A DNA stretch of 64,000 bases from Flavobacterium sp. (GCA_043744095.1 JAYTVI010000080.1:12280-76279), one strand, 5' to 3'; positions 1 through 10,519 are shown, numbered from the stretch's first letter. Numbers and translations: made by a program. The notes: a model not told the origin generated them from the letters alone.

Positions 1-965
1 TTTTGATGGTGACAGTTGGCGGTATCACACGTTTAACCAATTCAGGTCTTTCTATGACTGATTGGCATTTGGTAACAGATACTTTTCCGCCATTATCACA
101 AGAAAAATGGACTTCTGCATTTGAAGAATACAAAAAATTTCCAGAGTATCAAAAAATTAATATTCATAATGATTTTACGCTTTCTGATTATAAATTCATC
201 TATTTCTGGGAATGGTTTCATCGTTTTATTGGTCGAATAATAGGACTTGTTTTTATTGTACCTTTTATTTATTTTATAATCAAAAAGCAGTTGGATAAAG
301 CAACCATCAAAAAAGGAATTATCTTGCTAGGAATGGGTGCTTTTCAAGGATTTTTAGGATGGTTTATGGTCAAAAGCGGACTAATAGATAATCCTGATGT
401 AAGTCATTTTAGATTGGCACTGCATCTCACTTTTGCCTTTATAACCTTTGCTTACACGCTTTGGGTTGCCTTAGATTTGATTTATCCTGAAAGAAACAAA
501 GTAATTTTGTCTTTAAAAAAAATAGCTCGAATTGCTATAGTCTTTATTTTAGTTCAAATAATATACGGCGGATTTGTTGCCGGTTTAAACGCAGGTTTGA
601 TTCACAATCATTGGCCTTTGATGAGTGATGGAGAGTTTTTTCACGAAAGTATTGTTTTAGAAAAAAACTCTTGGTTTTTACGATTTACAGAAGGCAAAAG
701 TGGTGTTCAATTTATACATCGAACAATGGCATACTTTGTAGTTGGTATCATCACATTTTTATATTACAAAAGCAAAAAATACACACTAACTGCAGATCAA
801 CAAAACGGTATTAATTTATTAGTTTTTATTGTATTTTTGCAGTTCGTACTTGGTGTTTTTACGCTTTTATATGGTGTTCCGATGTGGTTAGGATTAACCC
901 ATCAAATTACAGCCTTTGCATTATTAGCTACTATGACCTATACCTTACATCGCTTATCAAAATAA
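1..965 (+). CDS. ctaA: Heme A synthase (COX15/CtaA family), 5'-truncated by window edge
   Basis: GGITRLTxSGLS, EWFHRFIGR, QGFLGWFMV, HFRLALH and HQ motifs typical of COX15/CtaA. Confidence 0.93.
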   Translation, partial: LMVTVGGITRLTNSGLSMTDWHLVTDTFPPLSQEKWTSAFEEYKKFPEYQKINIHNDFTLSDYKFIYFWEWFHRFIGRIIGLVFIVPFIYFIIKKQLDKATIKKGIILLGMGAFQGFLGWFMVKSGLIDNPDVSHFRLALHLTFAFITFAYTLWVALDLIYPERNKVILSLKKIARIAIVFILVQIIYGGFVAGLNAGLIHNHWPLMSDGEFFHESIVLEKNSWFLRFTEGKSGVQFIHRTMAYFVVGIITFLYYKSKKYTLTADQQNGINLLVFIVFLQFVLGVFTLLYGVPMWLGLTHQITAFALLATMTYTLHRLSK

Positions 966-1007
966 ATTATTCGACTATATTGTCACAGTTCTTTTTTAGA
1001 AATATTA

Positions 1008-1778
1008 ATGTCAAAACTTGCCACTCAAGATAAATTTCTTGATTTATCAGATTATGGAAGACCATTCGGGAAATATCTAGCCAAAAGACTTATCAATACA
1101 AGCTTTACTCCTATTCACGTTACTTTACTTTTTGGTATTTCGGGATTAATTGCTATTTTTTGTATACTTAACAACTTTTTTTTTGCTGCTGGTTTTTTTA
1201 TTATTCTAAAATCTGGAATTGATGCTGCTGATGGAGAATTGGCTCGATTAAAAAGTACTCCTTCGTATTTTGGTCGCTACTTAGATAGTGTTTTTGATAT
1301 TATTTTAAATTTTTTAATTCTAATGACCATTTGTTATGTATCCAAAACTACTTTTTGGTTTGCATTATTAGCATTTATAAGTATTCAATTACAAGGAACA
1401 TTATATAATTATTACTACGTTATTTTGAGAACCAAGTCAGTTGGTGGTGATGCAACTAGCAAAATTTTTGAATACAAAACTCCAAAAGCATTACCTGGAG
1501 AAAGCCAAAAATCTGTAAATGTTTTGTTTGTAATTTACACGATTGTGTATGGTGCTTTTGATAAAATAATTCACTTTTTAGATCAAGATGCTTACAAAAT
1601 TAAAACGTTTCCAAATTGGTTTATGACACTACTTTCTTTGTATGGTTTGGGTTTTCAATTACTCATTATTGCGTTTATGTTGCCTTTTGGATGGATTGAT
1701 TTTATTGTACCTTTTTTTATATTTTATACTCTTTTTATTATTGTAATAATTGGTATTAGAAAGCAATTTTTGACATAA
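1008..1778 (+). CDS. CDP-alcohol phosphatidyltransferase family protein
   Basis: DAADGELAR...GRYLDSVFD matches the DxxDGxxAR...GxxxDxxxD signature; hydrophobic helices. Confidence 0.88.
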   Translation: MSKLATQDKFLDLSDYGRPFGKYLAKRLINTSFTPIHVTLLFGISGLIAIFCILNNFFFAAGFFIILKSGIDAADGELARLKSTPSYFGRYLDSVFDIILNFLILMTICYVSKTTFWFALLAFISIQLQGTLYNYYYVILRTKSVGGDATSKIFEYKTPKALPGESQKSVNVLFVIYTIVYGAFDKIIHFLDQDAYKIKTFPNWFMTLLSLYGLGFQLLIIAFMLPFGWIDFIVPFFIFYTLFIIVIIGIRKQFLT

Positions 1779-1870
1779 AAAGTATTATAAATAAAATCTA
1801 TTTTTTTTGTTAAACTGTTTATTACAATATAATTATACTAACATATCTAAATTTATTGTTAAAGTAAATA

Positions 1871-2626
1871 TTAATCAATCCAAGTTTTAAAATCTTGCAC
1901 TTTTTCTCGACTTACAATCACTTCGTCTTCATTATATGTAGGTAAAATTATTTTTAATCTTGAGTTAGAATACAAAATAATTTCTTTTATTGACCGCAAA
2001 GGAATAATATACTTTCTGCTAATTCTGAAAAAAAGCTTAGCATCTAATTCTTGTTCTAAAAATTCTAAAGTTGTATCTATCAAATAGTTTCTGTTGTCAA
2101 AAGTATGTAGATAAGTTCCTTTATTTTCGCTAAAAAAACATTCAATTTCATCTGTTGAAATTACTTTCAAATGCTGTCCGATTTTTACTGTAAAACGAGT
2201 TTTATATTGTTTGTCGTTAGACTTTGTAAACATTTGTTTTATCATCTCAAAATCTAAAGATAAATTTGGAGCAGTTGTGTTTCTGGCTTTAAACTTATTT
2301 ACTGCTGTCTCTAAATCTTCTTCATCAATTGGTTTTAATAAATAATCTATACTATTGAGTTTAAAAGCTCTCAAAGCATACTCATCATAAGCGGTTGTAA
2401 AAATTATGGCGCTTTTTATGTCTCTATTTTCAAAAATTTCAAAAGACAATCCATCTGAGAGTTGAATGTCTAAAAAAATTAAATCTGGATGTGTATTATT
2501 CTCAAACCAATTGATAGCTTCTTCAACAGAATGTAACATTTGATTGACTTGCAAACCTAACTTCTCTATTTTTCGTTGTAAAAGTCGTGCTGCAGGTTTT
2601 TCGTCTTCAATGATTATTATATTCAT
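1871..2626 (-). CDS. LytTR-family response regulator
   Basis: IIIEDE...FLDIQL...FTTAY...YLLKP receiver plus FFRISR LytTR domain; real start MNIIIIEDE at 2626 overlaps the upstream stop (ATGA). Confidence 0.93.
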   Translation of the reverse strand: MNIIIIEDEKPAARLLQRKIEKLGLQVNQMLHSVEEAINWFENNTHPDLIFLDIQLSDGLSFEIFENRDIKSAIIFTTAYDEYALRAFKLNSIDYLLKPIDEEDLETAVNKFKARNTTAPNLSLDFEMIKQMFTKSNDKQYKTRFTVKIGQHLKVISTDEIECFFSENKGTYLHTFDNRNYLIDTTLEFLEQELDAKLFFRISRKYIIPLRSIKEIILYSNSRLKIILPTYNEDEVIVSREKVQDFKTWID

Positions 2627-3306
2627 TTGATAATTTGTGTATTTGATTTGTGTATAGCATTTTTTCTTGACCAATAAAAAATTAAAGGTGTAAGAATAAC
2701 TGTGGGTAGCAACCAAGCCACAACTGGTGGCAAATAGTTGTTATTTACAACCAAAAATGCGGTTAATGCAGCAATGTATGCACCAATCATACGTTGAATA
2801 TGAATTAATAGCCAATAATTTTTATGCTTTACGTTTCCTCTGTAAGTTTTAATATCTGTTTTTGACATCAAAATACTGATGAGTCCAAATACCAATAAAA
2901 CGATCCCGAAATTATTTCCATTTAATATCAAATAAGCTCCAAAAAGGATAAAGAAAAGTGCAAATAATATCATCGTTATAGTAATTGTCCAATCAATTTT
3001 TTTAGGTTTTTGACCTTCATTTAATTTCTTTAAATATAAAAATCGTTGACCTGTTGCTGTCATATAAAAAGAAAATACAGCTATAATTAACAAAAACATA
3101 TTATTGTGTAAAATAGACATTATAAAACCTGCAATTGCATTGATTATCATTGAAAAGAAGAAAAACTTCCCAATAAGAATATGTGGTCTGTCGCCTTTTT
3201 TTCGAATGATGTTTATCGTTCCTGTAAAAAGACCTATACTTCCAGCAAGGATATGTATAAAAAGAAGTATCTTGAAAATAAATTCTAAATTAATCATTAT
3301 TTCCAA
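2623..3306 (-). CDS. Membrane protein, DUF2306-like
   Basis: About 7 TM segments with conserved His (FIHILAG, KKGDRPHILIGK, LIHIQRM). Confidence 0.65.
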   Translation of the reverse strand: MEIMINLEFIFKILLFIHILAGSIGLFTGTINIIRKKGDRPHILIGKFFFFSMIINAIAGFIMSILHNNMFLLIIAVFSFYMTATGQRFLYLKKLNEGQKPKKIDWTITITMILFALFFILFGAYLILNGNNFGIVLLVFGLISILMSKTDIKTYRGNVKHKNYWLLIHIQRMIGAYIAALTAFLVVNNNYLPPVVAWLLPTVILTPLIFYWSRKNAIHKSNTQIIK

Positions 3307-3602
3307 TTCATTTTAGATTGATTTTCTTTTTCAATAAGTTCATTAATCTTTTTTTCTTCCCAGTTTTTTCCTAAAAATGGATAAAAATTAAAAACTTTCA
3401 TTCCGTGAAAAACAACACCAATTCCCCAACCAATTAGTGGCCAAAAAAACCATAAATCATTAGGTGATGTTATTAAATTCAATACTAGAAAAAAACCATT
3501 AAAAATGATGTATGAAATCAAATTACCATAGAAACCTTTGATTTCGTCTACTCTTTTCTTAGCAAAAAAATATTTTTCTTGTTCACTATTATATGTTTCC
3601 AT
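3297..3602 (-). CDS. 2TM domain protein
   Basis: AKKRV..IKGFY.NL..Y...WFFWP..GWGIG...H...WEEKKI signature. Confidence 0.88.
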   Translation of the reverse strand: METYNSEQEKYFFAKKRVDEIKGFYGNLISYIIFNGFFLVLNLITSPNDLWFFWPLIGWGIGVVFHGMKVFNFYPFLGKNWEEKKINELIEKENQSKMNWK

Positions 3603-3637
3603 TGTTTTATTTATATTATGATTTATATTCCTTTAAA

Positions 3638-4975
3638 CTAGTTCCAATTTTTATTTTCATTTCCTTTTTCTAAAATCTCTTTTATTTTTCGTTCTTCCCA
3701 AGATTGTCCATATCCAAAAACTTTAAAAGCGTGCATTAACACTCCGAATCCCCAACCACAAGCCGAAAACCAAAACCATTGAAATTGTGGCATATAAGCA
3801 AGATTTATATAAATTAATATCGGAATAACACAACAATATGAGATTAGATTTCCATAAAACCCTTTTAATTCTTCAACTCTTTTTTTGGCTCTATAATAGA
3901 CTGAATTTTCAAAATTATTTGATGATGTTTCCATAATGTTTATTTGCTTTGTTAGTATTGGCAATTGTACTGCAAACTCTTTTTCAGTTTGATTAATGAT
4001 GACTTTTCTTTGAGTTAAAATTGCATATCGACTTATAATATTCTGTAATCCAACGCCTTGTCTATCTTGCAAAACTTCTTTTTTTTGCAAATCGTTTTGT
4101 ATAACGAGATAATTATCTTTTACAAAAATCTTAATATGCAATGGTTTTTGTTCGCTTACAGTATTGTGTTTGATTGTGTTTTCTAATAATAATTGTAATG
4201 AAAGCGGTACAACTTTTGCCTCTAGATTATCATAATTATCTGGTAATTCATAAGAAATACTGTTTTCAAAACGCATTTTTAACAAATTCATATACGTTTT
4301 TGCAAAATTTAATTCTTCTAGTACGGTAACTAAATCTTTATCTTTTTGCTCCAAAACATAGCGATAGATTTTAGATAATGAAGTTGTGAATTTTTGTGCA
4401 TTATCGGGATTTTCTTCGATTAAAGAACTCAATACATTCAAACTATTAAAAAGAAAATGCGGATCGATTTGGTTTTTTAAACTTTCAAATTTAGCATTTG
4501 CAGTTCCTGCAATAATTTTTTGCTCCTTAACTTTGTTCTCATTATAAGCTTTATAAAAATGAAAAGCATACAATGACAAGGTTACCACAAATGTTATAAT
4601 TATTGCTGAAACATAATTGGCAGCTTTTTCATTTGCAATAAAATAATCTAACGAATTTCTATTAACAAGCAATTCTTCAAAAATTCTTAATAGAAAAATG
4701 ACGAATAATGAAACCAAAAACGAACTCAAAAAACCAACAATTACTCTTTTTTTTGAAAATCTATTTGCGATAAAAATTTTATCTAAATAGCAAAAAAGCG
4801 ATGAATTTGCAAAGGATAATGAAAAAGTATATAAAGCTACAAACCCAAACTGAATCAATAGTTTACTATCAAAATGAAAAGTACTTCCAAGAACTATATT
4901 TAAAATCTGAATCACAATAAAAATTATAATTGATAAAAAAATGGTTCTTGGTAATTCTTTATAAAATTTGTTCAT
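3638..4975 (-). CDS. LytS/YehU-type sensor histidine kinase with C-terminal 2TM domain
   Basis: LKNQIDPHFLFNSLN H-box, LQLLLENTIKHN, GVGLQNI; N-terminal TMs; C-terminal 2TM copy. Confidence 0.9.
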   Translation of the reverse strand: MNKFYKELPRTIFLSIIIFIVIQILNIVLGSTFHFDSKLLIQFGFVALYTFSLSFANSSLFCYLDKIFIANRFSKKRVIVGFLSSFLVSLFVIFLLRIFEELLVNRNSLDYFIANEKAANYVSAIIITFVVTLSLYAFHFYKAYNENKVKEQKIIAGTANAKFESLKNQIDPHFLFNSLNVLSSLIEENPDNAQKFTTSLSKIYRYVLEQKDKDLVTVLEELNFAKTYMNLLKMRFENSISYELPDNYDNLEAKVVPLSLQLLLENTIKHNTVSEQKPLHIKIFVKDNYLVIQNDLQKKEVLQDRQGVGLQNIISRYAILTQRKVIINQTEKEFAVQLPILTKQINIMETSSNNFENSVYYRAKKRVEELKGFYGNLISYCCVIPILIYINLAYMPQFQWFWFSACGWGFGVLMHAFKVFGYGQSWEERKIKEILEKGNENKNWN

Positions 4976-5027
4976 TTTGATAGTTTATTTGATTGTCTTT
5001 GAAATAATTGCAACTTGAAATCAATAC

Positions 5028-5669
5028 TTATTTACCACAATTTTTTTGTGCTTCCAATGCTCTATCTAATCCCCATTTTGGAGAAAATGGAGTCTCTGGA
5101 ACAAATTTCGCAAACAAGTCAATACTACGATCTACTTCTTTACACAAAGCTTTTACATCTGCACCTGTCCATTTTGCACCACCAATTTCATACTCTGCTT
5201 TTCCAAAAACAACTCTTGGATTTTCTGGTGCTATTGCTTGTGCTTTTCCATACATTTCCATAACTTTTGCAGAATATTTCATACCATTTGTCATTGGGTC
5301 AAATGCTACCCAACCAGTATAAATCATTGCTTGCATCACTAATAATTCTGGATTATTAGGGTTTTTTATCATTTCAATATCTAAAGCATTTTGTGCTTTT
5401 GTCAATAAAGCGTTTACCATATCTTTGTCTTTTGTACCAAACGAACTTGTTGTGTTTACTAAAGCTACGTAATAATTTGGCAACCAATTATTTTTTTCTG
5501 CTGCAGCAATACGTTCAAACATATCTGATGCCTCTGAGTTTTTTCCTTCTCCCCAAAGCGAGAAAGCTTTACCCATACCTTGCTCGAATTGTCCTGAAGT
5601 TTTTGATTGTCCTTGTGCTTGCGAATAGCTTGAAACTAATACTGCTAAAATTAAAATTGCTTTTTTCAT
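5028..5669 (-). CDS. Exported helical (TPR-like) protein
   Basis: Signal peptide MKKAILILAVLVSSYSQA; TPR-like motifs (NPELLV, APENPRV). Confidence 0.7.
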   Translation of the reverse strand: MKKAILILAVLVSSYSQAQGQSKTSGQFEQGMGKAFSLWGEGKNSEASDMFERIAAAEKNNWLPNYYVALVNTTSSFGTKDKDMVNALLTKAQNALDIEMIKNPNNPELLVMQAMIYTGWVAFDPMTNGMKYSAKVMEMYGKAQAIAPENPRVVFGKAEYEIGGAKWTGADVKALCKEVDRSIDLFAKFVPETPFSPKWGLDRALEAQKNCGK

Positions 5670-5761
5670 GATATTATAGTTTAATTGTTATTATTTAAAA
5701 TTATTTTTATTTGATGATGTAAATTTATATTGAAAATCAATTTTTTAAAAGTTATACTTAC

Positions 5762-5791
5762 CCAATTGTTGAATTCTGTGGCTGAATTGTA
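5762..5791 (-). promoter_or_regulatory. Putative LytTR direct-repeat box (TACAATTCA-N12-AACAATTGG)
   Basis: 9-bp imperfect direct repeats at 21-bp period, 34 bp upstream of a TAAATTTA -7-like element (5720-5727). Confidence 0.6.
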
Positions 5792-5806
5792 GTTTTCGAT
5801 TAGAAA

Positions 5807-7963
5807 CTATAAATTTTTTAACTGATTGTCTTTTTTATTGTCACTAATTGTCCAGAAGAAACCCAAAAAGAAAAATCGATCTGCTGTTGGTGTTATCACA
5901 CGACGGTTATAAATTCCGTTTGTTTTTTGGTTTGCATATTCATATCCAAATACATTTTGTGTTCCTAAAACATTTGAAACAGAAAAATACAATATCTTTT
6001 GAGTCGTTAACAAATATGCCCAGTTGAAACTCAAATTATTATATGCTTTTGTTTTCCCATTCATAAAAGTCAATTCGTTTGGGTTGTTGTATGGTCTACC
6101 GGTACTAAAAGAATTGGTAAAACCAATTTGTGATTTCCAGTCATTTATCCAATATTTTGTAACAACAGATAAGGTATTATCAGCAACAAAACTCGGAGTT
6201 ACTTTTGAAATGTAGTTTTTATAGTCTCTTTTTGTATTTATATAGGAATATGAAATCCAATATTCTAAATTTTTAAATGTTTTGCCATCTCTCCAAAAAA
6301 GATCCAAACCAGCTGCATAACCATTACCATTATTACTGTAATTACTATTAAAATTTGATGAAAAGGTATCGTATTTTACCAAATTATCATACTGTTTATA
6401 ATAAGTTTCGGCTCTAAATGTTTTGCCATTTTTATTGTATTGAAAATTTAAAATATAATGTGTAGATTTTTCATTTTCAAATTGATGTTGGCTAGAAAAC
6501 TTTATGTATTGTACATTTGGAGCTTGTGCAAAATTTCCGTAAGCGAAAGAAAACTGACTGTTTTTTGCAAATTTATATGCCAAAGAAATTCGTGGAGAAA
6601 CCGTATTTTCATTAGTCAAATCATTATTTGAAAAACGTACTCCTATTTTTGCTGCCAATTTTTTAGAAAAGAAAATATCGGCTTCTGAAAACACAGCTGT
6701 AATATCAGATTGATAACCATCATTAAATTCTGACTGATTTTCTGGTAGATAACTTTCATTAAAATGGGTGTTGAAATAATCTGCTCCAAATGAAAATTTT
6801 AAGCGATCAGAAAAACTTTTTCTGAATTTTAGTTTTAAATGTAAAGCGTTTTCTTGATTATTAACATCATCATTATCAATTGCTATGTCTTTTTTACCTA
6901 ATCCGTAACTTAAACCAGTAGCGATTTGCCAATTAGACCCAAAATTACCTTTGTAAGATGAGTTCAAATAGAAATTATTATTGTCTAAATTGAATCTTAT
7001 TTTCTTTGGACCATTAATATTTTCTTGATTCAAATCAAATTGCGAAGCATCAAAAGCAGCATATAATTTAAAAATTCCATTATTAAAATTATAGCGATAT
7101 ACCGATTCACCAGATAAGGATTGAAAAGGTTTGTTCCAGTCTATATCTTGTTTTATCATCAATTGATAAGGAGTCAAATCAATAAAAGCAGAATTAAAAC
7201 TCAATGAACTTTTTTTCCATTTTTGGGTATGTCCTAATCCTAAACCTACAGTCATCATAGCAATGTCGGTTTTGTTTTGGTCTGGTTCGTCTTGAGTATT
7301 TAGTAATAAAACACTAGAAAGTGCTTCTCCATATTCGGCAGAATAACCACCAGTAGAAAAGGAGATACCACTAAATAGAAAAGGAGAAAATCGTCCTCTT
7401 GTTGGCAAATTATTTGTGCTAGCGCCATAAGGTTGAGCTACTCGAATGCCATCTACATAGGTTTGTGTTTCGTCTGCTTCGCCACCACGCACAAACAATC
7501 TTCCATCTTCGCCAACAGTATTGGTTCCTGGTAATGTTTGTAAAGCTGCAATAATATTTCCAGCAGAACCAGCAGTAGTAACAATGTCTAGTGGTTTCAA
7601 AACTGAAACTCGTGCTTTATCACCAGATTCCATCGTACCTGCTGTTACTACAACAGCATCAAGCGATGTAACACTTTCTCTTAATTTAATAATTTTATCT
7701 TTGAAATTGGCTACATCTATAACCAATTTTGTAGTTTCATAAATCAGAAAACTTATAACCAATGTCTGATTGCCTGTGGTTGTTGTAGTAAAAGAAAAAT
7801 TACCTTTTTCGTTACTTGAAGTGCCGTCATAAGTACCATCAATAAAGATATTTGCACCAGCAACTGGATTGCCTTTTTCATCTACAACTGTACCTGAAAG
7901 TGTAGATTGTGAAAATAAAAAAGGAGAAGAAAATAAAATTGCAAAAGTTAAGATTGATTTCAT
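5807..7963 (-). CDS. TonB-dependent receptor with N-terminal carboxypeptidase-regulatory-like domain
   Basis: Signal peptide, GTVVDEKG..VAGANI, plug motif LQTLPG...LFVRGG, beta-barrel-like C-terminus. Confidence 0.9.
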   Translation of the reverse strand: MKSILTFAILFSSPFLFSQSTLSGTVVDEKGNPVAGANIFIDGTYDGTSSNEKGNFSFTTTTTGNQTLVISFLIYETTKLVIDVANFKDKIIKLRESVTSLDAVVVTAGTMESGDKARVSVLKPLDIVTTAGSAGNIIAALQTLPGTNTVGEDGRLFVRGGEADETQTYVDGIRVAQPYGASTNNLPTRGRFSPFLFSGISFSTGGYSAEYGEALSSVLLLNTQDEPDQNKTDIAMMTVGLGLGHTQKWKKSSLSFNSAFIDLTPYQLMIKQDIDWNKPFQSLSGESVYRYNFNNGIFKLYAAFDASQFDLNQENINGPKKIRFNLDNNNFYLNSSYKGNFGSNWQIATGLSYGLGKKDIAIDNDDVNNQENALHLKLKFRKSFSDRLKFSFGADYFNTHFNESYLPENQSEFNDGYQSDITAVFSEADIFFSKKLAAKIGVRFSNNDLTNENTVSPRISLAYKFAKNSQFSFAYGNFAQAPNVQYIKFSSQHQFENEKSTHYILNFQYNKNGKTFRAETYYKQYDNLVKYDTFSSNFNSNYSNNGNGYAAGLDLFWRDGKTFKNLEYWISYSYINTKRDYKNYISKVTPSFVADNTLSVVTKYWINDWKSQIGFTNSFSTGRPYNNPNELTFMNGKTKAYNNLSFNWAYLLTTQKILYFSVSNVLGTQNVFGYEYANQKTNGIYNRRVITPTADRFFFLGFFWTISDNKKDNQLKNL

Positions 7964-7982
7964 AATATTGAGTTTTATGTGG

Positions 7983-8054
7983 CAAATATATTTCAGTACA
8001 AAAAACTAGAAAAATGTTATAAACTGAACTGTTGTTTTTTTAGGATGAATTGTT
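7983..8054 (-). promoter_or_regulatory. Bacteroidota -7 promoter element (TATATTTG) with upstream LytTR box AACAATTCA-N12-AACAGTTCA
   Basis: caaatata at 7983-7990; tgaactgtt 8025-8033 and tgaattgtt 8046-8054. Confidence 0.7.
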
Positions 8055-8069
8055 TAAAAGCTATAAAAT

Positions 8070-9152
8070 TTAAAACCATTTCTTCTTTTTAAAATAAAAA
8101 AACATTCCAAATGCTATTAATATCATAATTCCAATTATGGTGTAATATCCATAAACATAGTCTAGTTCTGGCATATGTTTAAAATTCATTCCATAAACAC
8201 CTACAATAAAAGTTAATGGCATAAAAATTACAGAAACAACAGTTAGGATTTTCATAATTTCGTTCATCCTATGACTCTGAGACGAAAAATAAAAACTTGA
8301 AGCACTATCAAGTGTATTCATATCATACTCAATTTGTTCTAATATCTCTAATGCTTTTTGGTGCAAACGTGCAAAAAAACTATAATTTACCTTCTCTATT
8401 CCATCATATTGGTCTTCATCATGTTCACTTTTTAATGAATATAATGCATCACGCAAGGGTAAAATAGCACGTTTTAAAAAATTCAAATTTTCACGATTTT
8501 TTTCAATTCTTACCAAAACATCTGGATTATCACTAGTTTTGGCTTCTATCATAAGTTCTTCTATTCTATCTTCATAAAATTCGATGGTGATATAAAAATT
8601 TTCCATAACTGCTTCAAGTAGCAAATACAACAAATAATCATTTCTTTTTTTACGAACAATACCACTGTGCGTTTTAATTCTCTCACGAATATGCGTAAAA
8701 AAGTCACTCTTTTTTTCTTGAAAAGAGACGATTAAATTGTCTTTAAGTAAAAAACTAATTTGCTCTACATGAACTGTATCATAATCTTCATCAGGTAGAA
8801 TAGATTTTATACTAAAAAATAAAATTTGATCAAGTTCCTCCATTTTGCTTCTACGAGAAACATTAAGAATATCACTTATAATAAAATTTTCTATTGAAAG
8901 CATTTCACCAATAGATTTTATCAAATTCACATCATACAAACCGTGAATATTAAACCATTTTACATCATCTGTTTGCAATTCATCTTCAATTTCTCTTTTA
9001 ACTCTTTCTAATGATACTTTTTTATATTCTTCATATCCTGCATCATCATAGACAAACAGTTGCATTTCGATAGGATCAGATTTATGAGTTCCTGTATATT
9101 CGAAAAAATTGGGCTGTACTTTTCTAACTTTTTTATATTTAATTCTTTTCAT
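8070..9152 (-). CDS. corA: Magnesium/cobalt transporter CorA
   Basis: MNEIMKILT...YGMNF..MPEL signature; likely start MKRIKYKK. Confidence 0.92.
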   Translation of the reverse strand: MKRIKYKKVRKVQPNFFEYTGTHKSDPIEMQLFVYDDAGYEEYKKVSLERVKREIEDELQTDDVKWFNIHGLYDVNLIKSIGEMLSIENFIISDILNVSRRSKMEELDQILFFSIKSILPDEDYDTVHVEQISFLLKDNLIVSFQEKKSDFFTHIRERIKTHSGIVRKKRNDYLLYLLLEAVMENFYITIEFYEDRIEELMIEAKTSDNPDVLVRIEKNRENLNFLKRAILPLRDALYSLKSEHDEDQYDGIEKVNYSFFARLHQKALEILEQIEYDMNTLDSASSFYFSSQSHRMNEIMKILTVVSVIFMPLTFIVGVYGMNFKHMPELDYVYGYYTIIGIMILIAFGMFFYFKKKKWF

Positions 9153-9229
9153 TCCAATAGAATTGTAAAATTTAGGCATAAATATAGGAGTTTTTAAATT
9201 TCCAATTTACATTTACAAAAAATTACCAA

Positions 9230-10465
9230 ATGAAAATAATCATTATCAATATCAAAGAGTTGTTACAAATACGAGATATTACAACTCTAAAGGTTGCCGG
9301 AACAGCTATGGCTGAATTACCTACTATAAAAAATGCCTACTTAAGTATTGAAAATGATTGCATTGTAGATTTTGGTAAAATGGACGATTGTCCAAAAATA
9401 ACTTCCGAAAAAATAATTGATGCCACAGGAAAAATGGTATTACCATCCTGGTGCGATAGTCATACACATATTGTCTATGCTGGCAATCGTGAACAGGAAT
9501 TTGTAGATAGGATAAATGGTTTGAGTTATGAAGAAATTGCTAACCGTGGCGGTGGTATTTTGAATTCAGCCAAAAAATTACACGAAAGTACTGAAGATGA
9601 AATTTTTTATCAATCTAAAAATCGACTCGAAGAAATAATCAAACTAGGAACTGGAGCTGTAGAAATAAAATCGGGTTATGGTCTAACTGTTGAAGATGAA
9701 AAGAAAATGCTACGAGTGATCAAACGTATGCAAAGTGAATATCCGATAACTATAAAAGCCACTTTTTTGGGTGCACACGCTTTTCCTACATTATTTAAAA
9801 ATAATCATCAAGGGTATATCGATTTGATAATAAATGAAATGATTCCTGCCATAGCTAGCGAAAAATTGGCCGAATATATTGATGTTTTTTGCGAAAGTGG
9901 GTATTTTTCTGTTACAGATACCGATCAAATTCTAAAAGCAGGAATAGCTTATGGGTTGATTCCTAAAATTCATGTTAATCAATTCAACGTTATTGGTGGA
10001 GTTGCAGTTGGTGTTCAAAATAATGCTTTATCAGTAGACCATCTAGAGATTTTGAATCAAGAAGATATTGAAATTTTACAAAATACAGAAACAATGCTTG
10101 TTGCTTTGCCATCTTGCTCCTATTTTTTGAGTATTCCTTACACGCCAGCTAGAGAAATTATCAATGCTGGTTTACCTATTGCTTTGGCAACAGATTTTAA
10201 TCCTGGTTCTACACCTTCAGGAAATATGAATTTTGTAGTTGCAACTGCATGTATAAAAATGAAAATGACTCCAGAAGAAGCCATCAATGCTGCCACTCTA
10301 AATGGTGCTTATGCAATGGGAATTTCTAAAACACATGGCAGTATCACTATTGGTAAAAAAGCAAATCTAATAATAACAAAACCTATAACTTCTTTCTATC
10401 AATTGCCTTATGCATTTGGTAGTAACTTAATTGATCAGGTTATATTAGACGGCAAATTAGTATAA
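9230..10465 (+). CDS. hutI: Imidazolonepropionase
   Basis: DSHTH, EIKSGYGL, GAHA, DVFCE, ALATDFNPGS. Confidence 0.95.
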   Translation: MKIIIINIKELLQIRDITTLKVAGTAMAELPTIKNAYLSIENDCIVDFGKMDDCPKITSEKIIDATGKMVLPSWCDSHTHIVYAGNREQEFVDRINGLSYEEIANRGGGILNSAKKLHESTEDEIFYQSKNRLEEIIKLGTGAVEIKSGYGLTVEDEKKMLRVIKRMQSEYPITIKATFLGAHAFPTLFKNNHQGYIDLIINEMIPAIASEKLAEYIDVFCESGYFSVTDTDQILKAGIAYGLIPKIHVNQFNVIGGVAVGVQNNALSVDHLEILNQEDIEILQNTETMLVALPSCSYFLSIPYTPAREIINAGLPIALATDFNPGSTPSGNMNFVVATACIKMKMTPEEAINAATLNGAYAMGISKTHGSITIGKKANLIITKPITSFYQLPYAFGSNLIDQVILDGKLV

Positions 10466-10499
10466 AAAAAAAGGAACCCAAAATAGTGGATTCCCTTTT
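10464..10499. terminator. Probable bidirectional intrinsic terminator
   Basis: A-run, GGAACCCA/TGGATTCC stem (1 mismatch), T-run; between convergent genes. Confidence 0.6.
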
Positions 10500-10519
10500 A
10501 ACATTATTAATCTTTTATT

